The translations under genes were made by a program, and so were the position numbers. DNA of 23,481 nt from Pedosphaera sp. GTDB lineage: Bacteria > Verrucomicrobiota > Verrucomicrobiia > Limisphaerales > SIBH01. The stretch's first letter is position 1. Every line of letters begins with the position of its first letter. A model generated the notes under the pieces. It was given only the letters and a program-made list of their open reading frames with translations, was not told the DNA's origin and ran no database searches. The DNA lies in NCBI GenBank assembly GCA_031414955.1, contig JANOQV010000059.1:1-23481 (forward strand). The letters run 5' to 3'. Positions 1 to 8,800 of this stretch are shown piece after piece.

Positions 1-2
1 AA

Positions 3-842
3 ATGGCCCTGCATGTAGGCGTGGTAGGCGGACTTGATGAGTCCGTCGTTCTTTGGGTTGTCGAGCCAGCGGTCGCCGGCATCGCCGTTGAGCCAGCCAG
101 TGAGTTCGTCGCGTTCGTGATCAAAGGTCATCGCGAAACACTGCCACGACGCGTCGAGCACTTCGGCGGGTGCATCGGCAGAAATCGCGGGCGACTGCGC
201 GGCGGAGTTGCACTTGTGCAACGCGTATTTGTTGAGGAACGAACTCACGCCGTTCTCGGAGACGTGACCGCAGGCCGCGCCTTCCTTGTTCAGCCCGGCA
301 AAGAGCGCGTATTGCCGCTGACCGCGCGCCACGACCTTCGCCGCGCCGGCGTGATTCAAATCCGTGCCCTCATGCCAGATGCCCGCCAGCGCGTGACTCC
401 CGCTCTCGCGAATGGCCCACACAACGACGCTCACCGATGTGCCCGCGCCCTTGATGTCGATGGGCGAGTCGTGCAGCCGCGCGCGCGGCACGAAGAGGAA
501 CGGACGAAACGTCTTGTCTTCTTCCTTGCGAATGCGAATCGCCTGCCCGAACGGCCCGCGACCGAGCAACGGGAAGTCCTCATACGTGGCCTCACGTCCT
601 TCGCCCCAGTAGTCTTTGATGTAGTTCCCGGCCTCGAGCGCGAAGTCATTCGTCGCGCCCTTCGGCACATACGCGGTGAAACGATGCGCGCCATCCGGTT
701 CACGTTTCACGAAATCCCAAAACGCGACGCAGCCGGGCGTGTTCGCCACCGTGGCGACGCGGTCGGCGTTTGTGTCGGCGGCGAGAACGCTTGGCTCCGG
801 GTTGAGGAGACCAATAAAGAGAGCGACGCAGCGAAGTTTCAT
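3..842 (-). CDS. Probably secreted protein with a LamG/concanavalin-A-like beta-sandwich; 3' end runs off the window (280 aa visible)
   Basis: Not in the ORF track; translated by hand from ATG at 842-840 with no stop before the edge: MKLRCVALFIGLLNPEPSVLAADTNADRVATVANTPGCVAFWDF...SVSVVVWA...WQCFAMTFDHERDELTGWLNG. The N-terminus is signal-like, and the 'AFWDF', 'SVVVW' and 'W..AMTFD...WLNG' patterns are typical of LamG-like domains. It lies 35 bp downstream of the P450 on the same strand. Confidence 0.75.
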   Translation of the reverse strand, partial: MKLRCVALFIGLLNPEPSVLAADTNADRVATVANTPGCVAFWDFVKREPDGAHRFTAYVPKGATNDFALEAGNYIKDYWGEGREATYEDFPLLGRGPFGQAIRIRKEEDKTFRPFLFVPRARLHDSPIDIKGAGTSVSVVVWAIRESGSHALAGIWHEGTDLNHAGAAKVVARGQRQYALFAGLNKEGAACGHVSENGVSSFLNKYALHKCNSAAQSPAISADAPAEVLDASWQCFAMTFDHERDELTGWLNGDAGDRWLDNPKNDGLIKSAYHAYMQGH

Positions 843-877
843 CACAGGGTCAAGGGGTCGCAGCCGCGCTCATGTGC

Positions 878-2020
878 TCAGCTTGCAGTCAGCTTCACGG
901 TCAATGACTCGTAACCGTTCGCGCGTTGGTAGCGTGCCTCATGTTCGATGTGTTCCTTCACGTCGAGCACGGTGATCTTCGCCACGCGCCCGGTCAGCGC
1001 CTGCAACAGGCAGCGCACGATCAAACGCGCGTGCGGTGCGCCGAGACAGAGATGCGTGCCGAAGCCGAAGGAGATGTGCGGGTTGGGCTTGCGATCGAGG
1101 CGCACCTCCTCGGGCGCGTCGAACACCGTTTCATCAAAGTTCGCCGAGGCCCAGCCCAGCGAGACGCGTCCATCCGCCGGGACGGTGACTCCGTGAACCT
1201 CGGTCTGCACCGGGCACACCCGGCCAATGTGCGTGAGCGGCATGAACACGCGGAAGAATTCCTCGCCCGCGTGAACAATGCGCTTCGGATCCTCGCGCAG
1301 ATATTCGAGGGCGTCTGGGTTCCGGCCGAGATACGCAATGATGGAGGAGATGCTGTGGATGATCGTGTCGCGTCCACCGGCAAAGGTGAGATTCCCAAAA
1401 CCCATCATCTCCTCGCGCGTCAACGACCGGCCGCGATAGGTGGCTTTGGTCAGCGCGCTGAAAAAGTCCTCGCCCGGATTCGCCTCGGCTCGGTCGAACT
1501 GCGCGTGCAGGTAATCCTCGAGCGACGTGCCTTTCTTGAACTCGCCGCCCGTGACCTTGAAGACGTGCATGCCCCAACTGATGTAGGTGGCGGCCTCCGA
1601 CTCCGGCACGTTGAGGAGATAGGTCAGCGCGTGCGATTGAATGGGCAGCGCAAAGTCATTCACGATCTCGACGGTCTCCCGGCCCAGCGCTTCGGAAAGC
1701 TTCTCCGCGATCAAGGCCTCCACCTGCGCGATCACGTCGGGCTGCTTGGCGCGCTGGAAGAACGGCTCGACGATGGCGCGGTATTCGGTGTGTTCCGGTG
1801 GATTGGTCTCGATGGGCAATTGCCGCATCGACCGGACCACTTCCTCGGACGGGATGGGCACGCGGAACGGTGCGTCGGAACTAAACGTCTTCCAGTCCTT
1901 CGCCGCCTCGCGCACATCGGCGTGGCGCAGAATCATCGGCACCATCTCGCCCTGGAAGGGACACTTCAGGACACCGTCTTTGTTGCGGGCCTCGCGGAAG
2001 GGATCGGGAATGCTACTCAT
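878..2020 (-). CDS. Cytochrome P450, CYP236A-like (candidate O-methyl-sugar demethylase)
   Basis: Heme motif FGFGTHLCLG, K-helix ExxR (EEFFR), I-helix FAGGRDT, plus PPEHTEYR and WASAN.D..VF..LDR. The start overlaps the esterase stop (ATGA, 2017-2020). The P450 call is secure; the subfamily is from recalled similarity. Confidence 0.95.
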   Translation of the reverse strand: MSSIPDPFREARNKDGVLKCPFQGEMVPMILRHADVREAAKDWKTFSSDAPFRVPIPSEEVVRSMRQLPIETNPPEHTEYRAIVEPFFQRAKQPDVIAQVEALIAEKLSEALGRETVEIVNDFALPIQSHALTYLLNVPESEAATYISWGMHVFKVTGGEFKKGTSLEDYLHAQFDRAEANPGEDFFSALTKATYRGRSLTREEMMGFGNLTFAGGRDTIIHSISSIIAYLGRNPDALEYLREDPKRIVHAGEEFFRVFMPLTHIGRVCPVQTEVHGVTVPADGRVSLGWASANFDETVFDAPEEVRLDRKPNPHISFGFGTHLCLGAPHARLIVRCLLQALTGRVAKITVLDVKEHIEHEARYQRANGYESLTVKLTAS

Positions 2021-2916
2021 GGGGCGGGTGTTGGGTTCGATTGTTTCGTGGCGGACGAACTCAGCGTCTGCGGACCCTGAATCCAGCCGAGCGAGGCCAG
2101 GAATTTGTCGGCCTCGATCAGCGTCAGCGTGTAGTGCGGATCACGATTGAAGAAGCCGTGGCCCGCCATCGGATACACATGCGCCTCGCAACGAGCGCCC
2201 GCCTTCTTCATCCCACTCTCGAACTCGCGCAGCACGCTCACGGGGATGAGCTTGTCCTGATCGCCCAGGAACACGATGGACGGCGGCGCGGCCTTGGTGA
2301 TGTGATGGGCTGGCGAAAATTCCATGAAGCGTTCACCGACACGCTCGTGCCCCCATTGCCCGGGACCGTTGTTGAAGACAGGATTGAACAGCAACAGCGC
2401 GTCCGGCTTGCAGGAAACTTTCAGGTCGTCCTTCGAGTCATCGAGACCATCCACCAGCGCCGTGAACGCCGCGAGGTGTCCGCCCGCCGAGCCGCCCGCC
2501 GCCGCGATGCGCCTTGGATCAATGCCCAGTTCCTTCGCGTGCGCGCGCACGTAACGCATCGCCGACTTCGCATCCGCGCAGCAGATGATGGGCGGCCCCT
2601 TCTCAACTTTCGGGATGGTTCGATACTCCACGCGAATGCCGACCATGCCGCGCGTTGCCAGATACTCGCTCTGTTTGCGAAACTGCTCCGGCGTGCCGCC
2701 CACCCAGCCGCCGCCGAAGTAGAACACGATGGCCGGCCGCTGATCCGTCGCCTTCCACGCCGCGGGCCTGTCGATGAAGATCTTCAGGTCACGCTCTTCC
2801 ACGGACTTGTAAACCGCCGTCGCGGAAGCGAGGGCGCTTGGATTCTTTGTCTCCGCAGCGAGGAGAATGCTGAGGAGCGCCAACTGGGCGGTGAAAAGGG
2901 AAAGAGTGATTTTCAT
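2017..2916 (-). CDS. Secreted alpha/beta-hydrolase (esterase, HSL/BD-FAE-like; possible carbohydrate esterase)
   Basis: Oxyanion motif FGGGW (HGGG variant), nucleophile GGSAGG, Asp in GDQD, His in GHGFF. Start moved to the ATG at 2916 (MKITLSLFTAQLALLSILLAA, a signal peptide) because the longer ORF overlaps the sulfatase. Confidence 0.9.
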   Translation of the reverse strand: MKITLSLFTAQLALLSILLAAETKNPSALASATAVYKSVEERDLKIFIDRPAAWKATDQRPAIVFYFGGGWVGGTPEQFRKQSEYLATRGMVGIRVEYRTIPKVEKGPPIICCADAKSAMRYVRAHAKELGIDPRRIAAAGGSAGGHLAAFTALVDGLDDSKDDLKVSCKPDALLLFNPVFNNGPGQWGHERVGERFMEFSPAHHITKAAPPSIVFLGDQDKLIPVSVLREFESGMKKAGARCEAHVYPMAGHGFFNRDPHYTLTLIEADKFLASLGWIQGPQTLSSSATKQSNPTPAP

Positions 2917-2926
2917 GAGCGCGATC

Positions 2927-4504
2927 TCATTTGTCGATTGTTGCACTGGGACGGCTGTGTCCCTGCTTGCGAATGTTCTCCAGCCGGGCCGACATGGCTT
3001 TGACCCGCGCCGGTTCCTTGGCCGCAAGGTTGTTCGTCTGCGTGAGGTCGGTGGCGAGGTTGAAGAGTTCAGGACGAGGGGCGGACGCCTCTCCTTGCTG
3101 CTCAGCGCGGCGTTGCTGACGGGGGCCGCCGCCCTTCTCGATCAGCACCCAGTCCCCCTCGCGCAAGGCGAGCGGAGCCTGTCCGTTATTTTGCAGCACG
3201 AGATGGTCGCGGGCGGGTTGCTTCAATTTCTCTCCGAGCAAGGCGGGCAGAACATTGAAGCTGTCCGGCCCGGCTTCCGGCGCGAGCTTCTGCCCGGTGA
3301 GCGCGGCAAACGTGGCCAGCGCATCGACCAGTCCGATGAGTTGACCGGACGTGCTCCCCGCCGCGATGCGCCCCGGCCAGCGCGCGAGGAATGGCACGCG
3401 ATGACCGCCTTCGTAGAGCGAGCTTTTGAAACCGCGAAGTGAACCGTTGGGTGGCTGGCGCGAGTGCAGAGGATTCGTGCCGTCATCGTAGGTGTTCTTG
3501 ATCGCGCCACCGTTATCGCTGGTGAAAATGACCAGCGTGTTCGTCGCCAGCTTGAGGCGGTCCAGCGCCGCGAGCACCTCGCCCACGGTCCAGTCGAGCT
3601 GATGAATCACATCACCGCGCCAGCCGCACTCGCTCGTGCCGCGAAAGCGCGGGTGCGGCACCATTGGCTCATGGATGTCGTGCGTGGAGAGGTAGAGAAA
3701 GAACGGCGCGGACTGGTTCGACTCGATGAACTTCACCGCCTTGGCTGTCAGCGTGTCGGCGATGTCTTCGTCCACCCAACGCGCCGCCTTCCCGCCGGTC
3801 ATGAAGCCGATGCGCGGAATGCCATTCACCACCGTGTTGGTGTGGCCGGGGCCGCCTTTGATTTTCAACTTCACGGCCGGGTCATCGCCCGTCGGCTCGT
3901 CGCCAATCTTCACGCCGTAGCTCACGCGAATCGGGTCCGCCGGATCGTAACCGACCACCCGATGATTCTCCACCAGCACGCATGGCACGCGGTCGCCGGT
4001 CGCGGGGATGTAGAAGGCGTAGTCGAAGCCCAGTTCCAGCGGGCCGGGCTTGATGTCGCCGTTGAAATCCGTCTTCGGTGCGTCGCCTAAACCAAGATGC
4101 CACTTGCCCACCAGCCCGGTCTTGTAACCGGCGGCCTTGAGCATCGACGGCACGGTGGTCGTGCCGGCTTTGATGAGCGCGGGCGCGTCGCCGGGCGCGA
4201 TGCCCGTGCCCGGCTGACGCCACGCGTAACGCCCGGTGAGAAACGCATAGCGCGTCGGCGTGCAGACCGTAGCCGTGGCGTGCGCGTCCGTGAAGCGGCA
4301 GCCCTGACTCGCCAGCCGGTCGAGGTTTGGCGTCTTCACTTTCGTCGCGCCGTAGCAGCCGAGGTCTCCGTAGCCAAGGTCGTCGGTGAGGATGTAAATG
4401 ATGTTCGGTTTCTCGGCGGCGCAGCAGACCGTCGCGCTCAGGAAAAGCAGCACGGCCAGGCGTGCCAGCCGCAAACAGTGGGTAGAAGTATTTCGGATGC
4501 GCAT
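2927..4504 (-). CDS. Secreted formylglycine-dependent S1 sulfatase
   Basis: PNIIYILTDDLGYGD, CTPTR (CxPxR) followed by LTGRY, GKWHLG, FTSDNG, KSSLYEGGHRVP, ELFNL; hydrophobic signal peptide (RLARLAVLLFLSATVCCA). Confidence 0.96.
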   Translation of the reverse strand: MRIRNTSTHCLRLARLAVLLFLSATVCCAAEKPNIIYILTDDLGYGDLGCYGATKVKTPNLDRLASQGCRFTDAHATATVCTPTRYAFLTGRYAWRQPGTGIAPGDAPALIKAGTTTVPSMLKAAGYKTGLVGKWHLGLGDAPKTDFNGDIKPGPLELGFDYAFYIPATGDRVPCVLVENHRVVGYDPADPIRVSYGVKIGDEPTGDDPAVKLKIKGGPGHTNTVVNGIPRIGFMTGGKAARWVDEDIADTLTAKAVKFIESNQSAPFFLYLSTHDIHEPMVPHPRFRGTSECGWRGDVIHQLDWTVGEVLAALDRLKLATNTLVIFTSDNGGAIKNTYDDGTNPLHSRQPPNGSLRGFKSSLYEGGHRVPFLARWPGRIAAGSTSGQLIGLVDALATFAALTGQKLAPEAGPDSFNVLPALLGEKLKQPARDHLVLQNNGQAPLALREGDWVLIEKGGGPRQQRRAEQQGEASAPRPELFNLATDLTQTNNLAAKEPARVKAMSARLENIRKQGHSRPSATIDK

Positions 4505-4555
4505 AATTTTAAGAGTCAGTTTGATTCAGTTCCAAACGGCGTGGGCGAGTGATCT

Positions 4556-5329
4556 TCAGGCATGCATGACTTGACCGCCGTCGATGTTCAAGGTTTGCCC
4601 GGTGATGTTCTTGGCGTGATCGGAGGCGAGAAAGACGGCCATGGCCGCAAACTCCTCCGGCATTTGCCAGCGCCCCAACGGCGACACTTTCTGGATTTTC
4701 GCGGCGGCCCACGTGGCGTAATCCTGCCGCTGCGATTCCGGCAAGGCCCGCTGGCCCGCCGCCCACACGGACTCATTCAAGTCTGTGCGAACCATGCCCG
4801 GGGCGAGCGCATTCGCGCGGACGCCGAACGGCGCGAGGTCTTTGGCGGCGCATTGCATGAAGTTGATCAGCCCCGCCTTCGCCGCGCTGTAAGGCGGATC
4901 AGTCTGCGAGCCGATCTGGCCCGCCACGGAGGTGAGAAAGAGCAACGAGCCGCGCCCGCGCCGGGACATCCGCGGCGCGAAGGCATGAGCTGCGTTCACC
5001 GCTGCGATCAGGTTCACCTCGAGCACGCGCGCCCAATCGGCCGGCTCCAGGTTCCAAAAGGGAAAACCAAATTTGCCTGAACCCACGCCCACTGAAAATA
5101 CGACGTGATCCACGTCGCCGCATGATTCCGCGAACGCCTGCACTTGCGCATAAGACGTCGCGTCGCCCGTTTGCATAGTGCCGGGCGCAGAAAGAGGCGT
5201 CGGACTCGGATCGCGGTCGAAGCCGTGAACTTGGCACCCCTCGGCGAGAAAGCCCTCCGCGATGGCACGGCCAATCCCACGCGCCGCGCCCAAGACGGCG
5301 ACGGACCGCCCGGTGAGATTCAAGTGCAT
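4556..5329 (-). CDS. Classical short-chain dehydrogenase/reductase, probably NAD-preferring
   Basis: GAARGIG glycine motif, Asp after beta-2 (GFDR), catalytic Ser (TSVAG) and YSAAK, VRANALAPG, ITGQTLNIDGG. Confidence 0.95.
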   Translation of the reverse strand: MHLNLTGRSVAVLGAARGIGRAIAEGFLAEGCQVHGFDRDPSPTPLSAPGTMQTGDATSYAQVQAFAESCGDVDHVVFSVGVGSGKFGFPFWNLEPADWARVLEVNLIAAVNAAHAFAPRMSRRGRGSLLFLTSVAGQIGSQTDPPYSAAKAGLINFMQCAAKDLAPFGVRANALAPGMVRTDLNESVWAAGQRALPESQRQDYATWAAAKIQKVSPLGRWQMPEEFAAMAVFLASDHAKNITGQTLNIDGGQVMHA

Positions 5330-5484
5330 GGCTCTTTATTCCATCAAGCGTGCCGCGGAGAAAAGAACGGATTGCGGCAAATAGATAATTCTCTCCGAAT
5401 GATTCATTTCAGACGGGGATGAGACCTTCTGAAGACCATTCAGTCAGGGCAGACGCACCTGAATTCGGTGAGAGCGCACGGTGG

Positions 5485-5543
5485 AAAACACCAAGCACCA
5501 AGATCCAAACAGCAGAGAAGCGCCAAACCCCAAGCTCCAAGCG
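5485..5543. repeat. Degenerate heptamer tandem tract (CCAAGCW-like)
   Basis: CCAAGCA-CCAAGAT-CCAAACA-(GCAGAGAAGCG)-CCAAACC-CCAAGCT-CCAAGCG read at 5491-5543, in non-coding DNA. Confidence 0.7.
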
Positions 5544-5887
5544 GTGGCCGGCTCCGACCGCGCCGTTCGCCGCGAGTCTCCGTGACGCGGGGTTGGATCA
5601 CGATCCTCCAAGCAAAACGGTTTGTCCGCCTCCGTGATTTCCGCGGGGTAGTTGAGGACGGTGCGTTGGCGTTTGGAACTGGGTTCCCATTTCACCGGCG
5701 GGGATGGATCGCCTTCGTTCAGACCCTCGCCTTGACGGCACTGGCCAAGGGTTCAGCGGGGTTTGGCTCCACGTCGGAATTGTCCGGTAAACTCGACGCC
5801 GAAGAGCTTCGGGGCAGTTTTAATTACGAGACCGGGATTCCATCCCATCTCTAGGAGGCTTCGCCGGCTTTTTCGAGTTGGGTCGCG

Positions 5888-8800
5888 CTATTTGAAGCTG
5901 ATGGAACCCCGCACGCCCGATCCTGAGATCATGGTGCTGCGGGTCGTGAAGGTCAGCTTGCAGTTGAAGGGCAGGTCCGGCTGGTTATCGAACACCAGGC
6001 TCAGGGTCGCGCCGTTGTGCTTCGTCCGCACATACTGATAGGTGCCGCCGGTGACCATCACGCCGTTCAGGTCTTCGATGATGAAGCGGCTGGAATCGAA
6101 GTGAATCCGGCGGTAGCTCTTCCACGACCTCGGTGCGGTCGTCCTGATTCCCACGGCGCGTCCCGCCACGGAGGCCGGCGCGAGGCTGCCGGACTTGATG
6201 GCCAGCGCGGCCTTGCCCGCCTGGCTGATCACCGAGTTGAGGGTCTTGGCGCGATCGAGCAGATCGCCGGTCGGCCCGATGTCGGTCAGGAGCGATTGCG
6301 CGACGAGCAACGCGTTGGTGGCCCGGGTCGTGTAGATGGACGGCACTACGACCAGCAACTGCGTGGAGAGCAGGTTCACCGTCAGTTGCAATTGCAGCGT
6401 GAGATAATCACCCACCTCGCGCCCCTTGGCCGACAACTCCGGACTGTTCGAAACGCGACTGGCCCGGGCCACCGCGTAATAATCCGCCGCCGCCTGCGTG
6501 ACCGTGGCGGGCAGGGAGGCCAGCGCCCTCCTGGCCGCCCGAATTTTGAGATCGCTGCCGCCCCACATCGTGGTGGTCGCTTGTAACTCGGTAAAGATGT
6601 TGGTCAGGGCCGCGCCGGTGTTGTTGGTCGAGAGGACGGTGATGGTCACCACTGCCAGCCCCGAAATCTGCGGCCCGTAAAACGCGCGGTAGGTGAAGGT
6701 GTCCTCACCCGCGTAATCCGCCGCCGGCGAATAGAAGAAAGATCCATCCGCGTTCAGCAGCACGTCGCCATGGGCCGCCGGGGTTTCGAGCACGGCCTGC
6801 AAGGCCCCGCCGTTCATCTCGATGTCATTGGCCAGCACGCCGGGGGCGTCGGACGAGAAGGCCGAGTTCGCCTCCACCGTGAAGCTGTCGTTGGCCACCA
6901 CCGGCGGCACGCCTTCGGGCGCGACGGCGATGGTCACCGTGGCCACGGTCGAGGTCACGGCACCGTCCGTGGCGTAATAGTAGAACGTGTCCAGGCCGAG
7001 GAAGTCGGTCTGGGGCACGTAGGTGAAGCCGCCGTCGGCGTTCAAGGTCAGCGTGCCGTGCGTAGTGGTCGTCAACAGCACGGCGGTGAGCGGGTTGCTC
7101 GAAATGTCGTTGGTCAGCACGCCGCCGCTGGCCGGCAGCACCAGGGTCATGTTCTGGAGCGTGAAGTAATTGCTGTCGCCGTTGGCGAAGATGGGTTCGT
7201 CGTTGTCCGCCGTGATGGTGAGGAAAACAGTGGCGTCGGGCGAGGTCAGTTGTCCATCCGACACGCGATAGGTGAAGGAATCAGAACCGACGTAGTTCGT
7301 GACGGCCAGGTACTCGAACGCTCCGCCGGCGCTGAGGGTGACCGCTCCATGCGCCGGGCTGTTCACCAGGACTGCCACCAGCGCGTCCCCTTCGGGGTCC
7401 GTGGCATTTACCAACACTGAGCTGGTGACCTTCTTGTTCCGGCCCCCCGAGTGGGAATTGTTGGCCGCACCGGGCGGATCATTCACGGGCGTGAGGTTGA
7501 GCGACACGGTGGCAACCGGGGAGTTGAGCGTGCCGTCGGACACACGGTAGGTGAAGGAATCGGGTCCGTTGTAATTCGTGGCGGGCACGTAATTGAACGA
7601 ACCGTTGCCGTTCAAGGTCAGGGTGCCGTGGGCCGGGCTGGTGACGAGCGCGGCGGTGAGCGAGTTGCCGTCCGGGTCGGTGTCGTTGGCCAGCAGGCCG
7701 GACGAGGTCACGGCCAGCGTGGTGTCTTCGGCGATTGAGAAACTGTCCGCGACTGCGACGGGCGCTTCATTCACCCCCCCCACGTTGAACGAGACTGTGG
7801 CCGCGCTGGAACTCAGCGCGCCGTCGGACACGGTGTAGGTGAAGGAATCGGGACCGTTGTAATCGGTGGCCGGCACGTAGTTGAACGAGCCGTTGGCGTT
7901 GAGCGTGAGGGTGCCGTGGGCCGGGCCGCTGACCAGAGTGGCGGTGAGCGCAGTGCCCTCGGCGTCGCTGTCGTTGCCCAGCACGCCGGGCGTCGTGATG
8001 GAGAGCAGGGTGTCTTCGGTGGCGGTGTAAGCATCGTTGACCGCCACGGGCGCGTCATTCACGGCGTTGATGGTGAGCGCCACGGTGGTGTTGGCCGAAT
8101 TGAGCGAGCCGTCGGAGGTCCGGTAAACGAAGGAGTCGGGGCCGCTGTAGTTCGCGGTGGGGACAAAGGTGAAGGAGCCGTTGGCATTGAGCGTGAGCGA
8201 ACCGTGGGTTGGGCCGGTGACGAGCGTGGCGTTGAGCGCGGAGCCTTCGAGGTCGGAGTCATTGGCGAGCAGACCGGGGGCGTTGACGGTGAGGGTGACG
8301 TCCTCGGTGGTGGCGTAACTGTCGGCACCGGCGAGCGGTGCGTCATTCACGACGGACACGTTGAGCGCCACGGTGGCAATGCCCGAGTTGAGCGAGCCAT
8401 CCGAGGCGCGGTAGGTGAAGGAGTCCGCGCCGTTGTAATTGGTGGCCGGACGATAGGTGAACGAGCCGTTGGCGTTGAGGGTCAAGGTGCCCTGGGTCGG
8501 GCCGCTGAGGAGCGTGACCGAGAGGGTGTTGCCATCGGCGTCGGAGTCGTTGCCAAGCACGCCGGGCGCGCTGACGGAGAGCAGAGTGTCTTCAGCCGTG
8601 GAGTAAGAGTCATTGGCGGCGATGGGGGCGTCGTTCACCGCGCTGATCGAGAGGGTCACGGAGACGCTGGAGGAGTTGAGCGAGCCATCCGAAGCGCGAT
8701 AGGTGAAGGAGTCCGCGCCGTTGTAATTGGTGACGGGCACGTAGGTGAAGGAGCCGTTGGCGTTGAGCGAGAGCGTGCCGTGCGTCGGGTTGACCACCAG

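Noticed and set aside
3..3003. Plus-strand ORFs 3-914, 926-2080 and 2041-3003
   Set aside because: Antisense to well-supported minus-strand genes, with no recognisable motifs.
2917..3027. N-terminal extension of the esterase ORF
   Set aside because: It overlaps the sulfatase 3' end; the ATG at 2916 gives a clean signal peptide.
5419..5854. Short ORFs in the SDR-adhesin spacer
   Set aside because: No motifs; the translations are explained by the heptamer tract and GC-rich non-coding DNA.
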